From contig JABANN010000109.1 in assembly GCA_013115125.1 (NCBI GenBank), forward strand, positions 1-64,000: 64,000 bases of DNA. The letters run 5' to 3'. This document shows, one piece after another, positions 61,040-64,000 of the stretch. Within the stretch, counting starts at the first letter, position 1. Every line of letters starts with the position of its first letter. A program made the translations under genes and the position numbers. This DNA is from Perkinsus olseni (Eukaryota). The notes under the pieces were generated by a model. That model worked only from the letters and a program-made list of their open reading frames with translations. It had not been told where the DNA came from and searched no databases.

Positions 61040-63720
61040 AAGAGCACGATAGAATTGCAGAGTTTAACTGAGCATGGTACGCTTGGATCTTGCGCTGAGC
61101 GCTTCTTTCTCAGGCTCCGGGACTTCTGAGACCCCCGAGGACCGTAAAGCGAGGTTGATGGCGGCCAAAATGTATGACGGCTATGGCGACCGTTGCCGCT
61201 GATGGTAGCAGGCCCTTCTCAGTTCGATTTTTCTCAGGCCGGAGCAACGCTCTTATGACTATCTCTCTGACGAGGACAGCCTTTGCTCGGATTATGAAGA
61301 AGGTAGCGGCGAGTGAGCTGCCTCGTCGTTGTCGATGTGCGGTCGTCTTAGTGTCGTCGGATGCATCTTCAGCAGCGCACTACGCCTCGGTCTCGAACGA
61401 TGGCGGGCCTCGAGGCATCAAGCGGGTATGGATTACGTTTTTGTGTTGATGCCGTGACCATTGAGCGTCTCAGGTTCGTCGGACGAGCTCACCACGAGCG
61501 AGCCTTCAGAAGAGATGTTCCTCGGATATTAAAAAGCGGAAGATCTCTTGTTCTACCAGCTCTAGCGACAGTGAGTCTGAGCTTTTATGATAAGCCTAAC
61601 TATTCACGGCCGCGGTTTCTGATGCAAGAAAGCATTTCGTGGGTCTCTCCATCGTACCTTGAAAGCTCCTATGAGCATTCGTCGGCGGGGATGTTGCCTT
61701 GACGAGAACTCGGGTCGTGTCCCATCGGGTGGCGGCTACAGCCTCCCCGCAACCTCCTACCATTGTCTTGTTAGACTGTCACACGCTGGCAGAAGCGCAC
61801 GAGGAAGGTCGGTCGCCTAGGGCCGCAAGTGGTCTCACCGAGGAGCTTTGTGGCCCAGCCTTCGATGACTACTGCAAGTGCGACGACCCGCAGGATCCGG
61901 TGTCGTTGGTAAGCTTCGTGGGGCATTCTCGGCGACGTGTAGGCTGTCCGGTATTCGCGACAAGCTCGGAATCCCGAGTGATCAGCGACCGTGCCAGTTG
62001 ATGGTGGTTTGCTTCAGCAACGGATTTGGGTCGAAGGCCAAGACGGCGGTCGGAAAGCTAGCGACGAGATAGAGTTTCTGTTTTCGTATTATGAAGATGA
62101 CAAGTTCATTAGAGGTGAGTCGCCGCTTTGGGTGTGTGCATGCGTGCATACTCACTGTGCAGGATTCTCCATCACAACATTGCAGTACATGCTCCGGCAG
62201 CCTCGTCCGATTCAGCATCCCGTCAGTCGAAAGGTCATACCCGATTCTGTTCTGGAGCGGGCGGAGCAAATGGTCAAGGTAGCGAGCTTCGCCGGCCGCA
62301 TGGGTGAGGTGTCTTTATCTTGCAGCATCTAGAGTCAACCGGTGCAATTGACCCGGTCACTGTGAGAGACCTAGCATCCGTACCGCTCAAGGACCTGACA
62401 AGGCGGGACGTGCAGCAGCTCAGCTTGGAGGTACTTGGGGGGTTCACTCTGTGCTAATGTATGCAGCCTCGACTGGTGATTGCTGAGTGCTTCAGGTGTG
62501 GCAGTTGATGGCTCGGCAGTCGGTCTACGTCGAGGAGGACACTCTGGTCGATATGGACCGGGCACAACTTTGTAATACGGACTTTAGCTCCCCTCTTCTC
62601 AGCAGTTTCTCGGCTCAGTAATGCTCAACTCCGAGCTTCGGTCGATGTTCACCGAGAACTTCACTGTGGAGCAGCGGCGGCTGTTCTATCCCCCGGATGG
62701 CACCCCGTTTATGAAGATCCACGAGGCGATTATCGGAGGCAGCGAGGTGGGCTCCTCGAACTCGGCAGCTGCCTGGCGCCAGCAGTGATGCTGGTTAGGA
62801 CATACCTCCCAGCTCTCGGTCGTTGGGTGCTGTGCAGGGCATTCTGAGGGACTTGCGGACAGTAGGTTCACGTTCATCGTTCCGTCATGGGCGGCCTGGG
62901 TAGACGAAATACTTTAGGCCCGTCCTGAGAGGCCTGTCCTGTGATAAATGTGTTTGGGATCTCCTCGATGCCGTGATGGGAGTTCTCGCCGGAGTGTGGA
63001 AACTAGGGTTCGCGCGGAGTGTGTCGCAGAGCTCTGAAATGATCTGGGTTGTATGGTAGTAGTGGGTGATTGCCTCAGATACTCACCAACGCCCCTGAAA
63101 ATATGAAGTTCATGGTCTCGTATGTCATAGTGGGGGCGCTGGCAGTAGTCAGTAGCCCCATCAGGGCCAGGTGAGTTCTTCGGAATGGGCCGCAGCTCCG
63201 CTCCGGCCATACCCCTTATCAAGGGAAATGTTATAGCTTTGTTGGCGACGGACGAAGTAGATACGCTGAGGGATGGGAATCATTCGTTGTAGACCCCGAC
63301 TGGGGAAGTTGCCGGTGTAGTCGCAAACACTCATGCAACGTCAGGAGTGCACCACACTTGGTGTGAGGCGGTACGCCTAGGTGCTGACGGTCTTTTGAGT
63401 GCTGAGGGCTTCGGCACAATCGACTGCGGACCGTATTGTACACACGATGTCGTCGTATGACGGCTCGCTGTGAGTTTTAGCGCTTGATGAGGTTGCATGG
63501 AGCGCATGTGGCGTGCGGGTGGATGAAAAGCTGCTACGAAGTATCAATGGCGGGAAGGATCGGGTTTAGGTACATGACTGGACTCAGTCATTCTTTCGAA
63601 ATCCCACCAACGGGTATACATGGTGACGATGGGTACTCGTCTGACGGGGATGATGGCGAGTTCGGCCATGGCGTTGAAGAGGATGATTCTGACGGAGAGG
63701 ACTTGGGTGACGAATTCTGA
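61040..63720 (+). CDS. Multi-exon protein resembling a giant-virus (NCLDV) conserved protein family, with acidic tail
   Basis: Spliced CDDPQDPVSL...FLFSYYEDDKFIR|GFSITTL...HPVSRKVIP...LSLE|VWQLM...ELRSMF...FYPPDGTPF...YVIVGALAVVS; similarity recognised from memory only. Confidence 0.55.
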
Positions 63721-64000
63721 CAAGTCGTCATACCAACTTTTTTGAAGATTTCGGCGGCTTCGCTGACCTACTACTTTTGTTAATATTTCCGTTCTGTCAC
63801 AATTCTTGCCAGCTCGATCTGGCACCAGCAGCAGCCGCCCGTATCTCCTAGAAGAATCAAGAAAGAGGATTGCCGGGGCGGCGGCGGCGAGTGGAAAACA
63901 CTATCGAATGCTATAGTCGTAGCTGTAGGTGTTGCATATTTATCATCATACTACTACTAACATGACGTCCCGCTTACTTGCACGGTTAGTCATCGTCGTC

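Overview
Eukaryotic, gene-dense window with very short (~45-70 nt) spliceosomal introns. Intron style and gene content point to a Perkinsus-like alveolate (inference, not a database result). Left to right: a tandem array of U1/matrin-type zinc-finger modules and a PYG-repeat (FAM166-like) gene on the - strand; two tandem Sec24 paralogues, an ISWI remodeller and a LicD/fukutin-like transferase on the + strand; then a ~27 kb almost purely - strand block. That block holds MDH, CPSF30, two intronless TLC proteins, a secreted protein and its pseudogene copy, a PDK/BCKDK kinase, malate synthase G ending in PTS1 -SRL, and mtnA, interrupted by a repeat-rich stretch with a defensin-like peptide gene. 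The last + strand gene is multi-intron and resembles a giant-virus conserved protein family. Best leads: a family of tRNA-3'-end/B-box elements inside tiny introns and upstream of a gene; the intronised giant-virus-like gene; the CS-alpha-beta defensin-like peptide; the peroxisomal bacterial-type malate synthase. Exon structures were stitched by eye, so ends of multi-exon genes are approximate.
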